DNA of 62,231 nucleotides, taken from Chiloscyllium plagiosum (taxonomy: Eukaryota). Below the pieces are notes generated by a model, which saw nothing but the letters and a program-made list of their open reading frames with translations, did no database searches and was not told where the DNA came from. Position 1 is the stretch's first letter, and each line of letters begins with the position of its first letter. The stretch is from the NCBI RefSeq assembly GCF_004010195.1, contig NC_057718.1, positions 90,403,758 to 90,465,988 of the forward strand, written 5' to 3'. Of this stretch, positions 61,385 through 62,231 are shown piece by piece. A program made the position numbers and the translations under genes.

Positions 61385-62002
61385 TCATTCTCAGAGGAAT
61401 TTGACCCCACTTAATCAGACAGTTGTCCAATAAAAACATCCAGGGGGATGTTTAATCTCATGAATTGCCTTCATGGAAGATGGAAGATCAGTTAAAATGG
61501 GCCTTTTCTCTTTCTTTGTTGCAGTATTTTGGATTTCTGGACCAGGCAATTTCGTCTTGGCCATTTCCTGAATCGAATGGAGATTGATTATCTTGTCTCA
61601 ATGTTGGCCACTATTGAGTGATACACAGCCAATCATTCTGAGCCAATATTCACTCTCAACGTACTGATACACCTGCATTAAAGTCTCTAAACTCTTCAAC
61701 ATGTAGATTGGGTTGAATACCTGCATCCGCCCTCTGTGGCTGTCTTATTGGTGAACCCCAATATCCTCAATCCTTGGTTTTGCGAGTTGAGGATTGCTGT
61801 TGATCTAGCTCTGTCGCTAGTGCGGACAATTCTTCCTTGGAAGGCAAAGAATTGAAATATTCCTCCTGCTTTGGTGACATTTCAACATCTTGGACTGCCA
61901 CAGTGCTGCAAGGCAGCTCACGACCACTGATACAAGGGCAATCATTCACAGGAAGTGGGTGTCACTGGCTAGGCCAGCATTTATTGACCATCCCTAGCAG
62001 AG

Positions 62003-62231
62003 GGAGAAAGTGAGTACTGCAGATGCTGGAGATCAGAGCTGAAAAATGGGTTGCTGGAAAAGCGCAGCAGGTCAGGCAGCATCCAAGAAACAGGAGAATC
62101 GATGTTTCGGGGATAAGCCCTTCTTCAGGAATGAGGAAGGTGTGCCAAGCAGGCTAAGATAAAAGGTAGGGAGGAGGGACTTGGGGGAGGGGCATTGGGA
62201 ATGCGATAGGTGGAAGGAGGTTAAGGTGAGG
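62003..62231 (-). mobile_element. PLE family A 3' end, running off the window
   Basis: ggagaaagtgagtactgcagatgctgg...cccttcttcaggaatgagg followed by 3' UTR. Confidence 0.88.

Noticed and set aside
60969..61949. Short minus-strand ORFs in unique-looking DNA
   Set aside because: They are interrupted by stops and have no motif I can assign; possibly an old TE or pseudogene.

Overview
Eukaryotic, repeat-dominated intergenic or intronic DNA from a cartilaginous fish, most likely a shark. It carries many tRNA-derived HE1/V-SINE copies and their partner CR1 (HER1-like) LINE. It also has a second SINE/LINE pair, Rex1/Babar and L2 fragments, two decayed Gypsy elements, solo-LTR-like pieces, Myb/SANT (Harbinger-like) relics and a 46-N assembly gap. 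I found no intact protein-coding gene; the recognisable ORFs are transposon fragments or microsatellite read-throughs. The standout feature is about 27 Penelope-like element (PLE) insertions from at least four lineages, whose 3' modules carry a minimal hammerhead ribozyme (HHR) motif (CUGANGA-helix II-GAAA-palindromic helix III-UH). Most are miniature (about 60-410 bp). About 17 are fold-back structures with two 3' modules fused 5'-to-5', mostly at or near the ribozyme. Most miniature copies have 9-16 bp target-site duplications (TSDs), and in families A and B the outer ends fall at two recurrent 3' termini about 35-40 nt apart. Longer parent PLE remnants with RT and/or GIY-YIG motifs occur in the same window. 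Family names come from motif recognition by eye, and the boundaries of old repeats are approximate.
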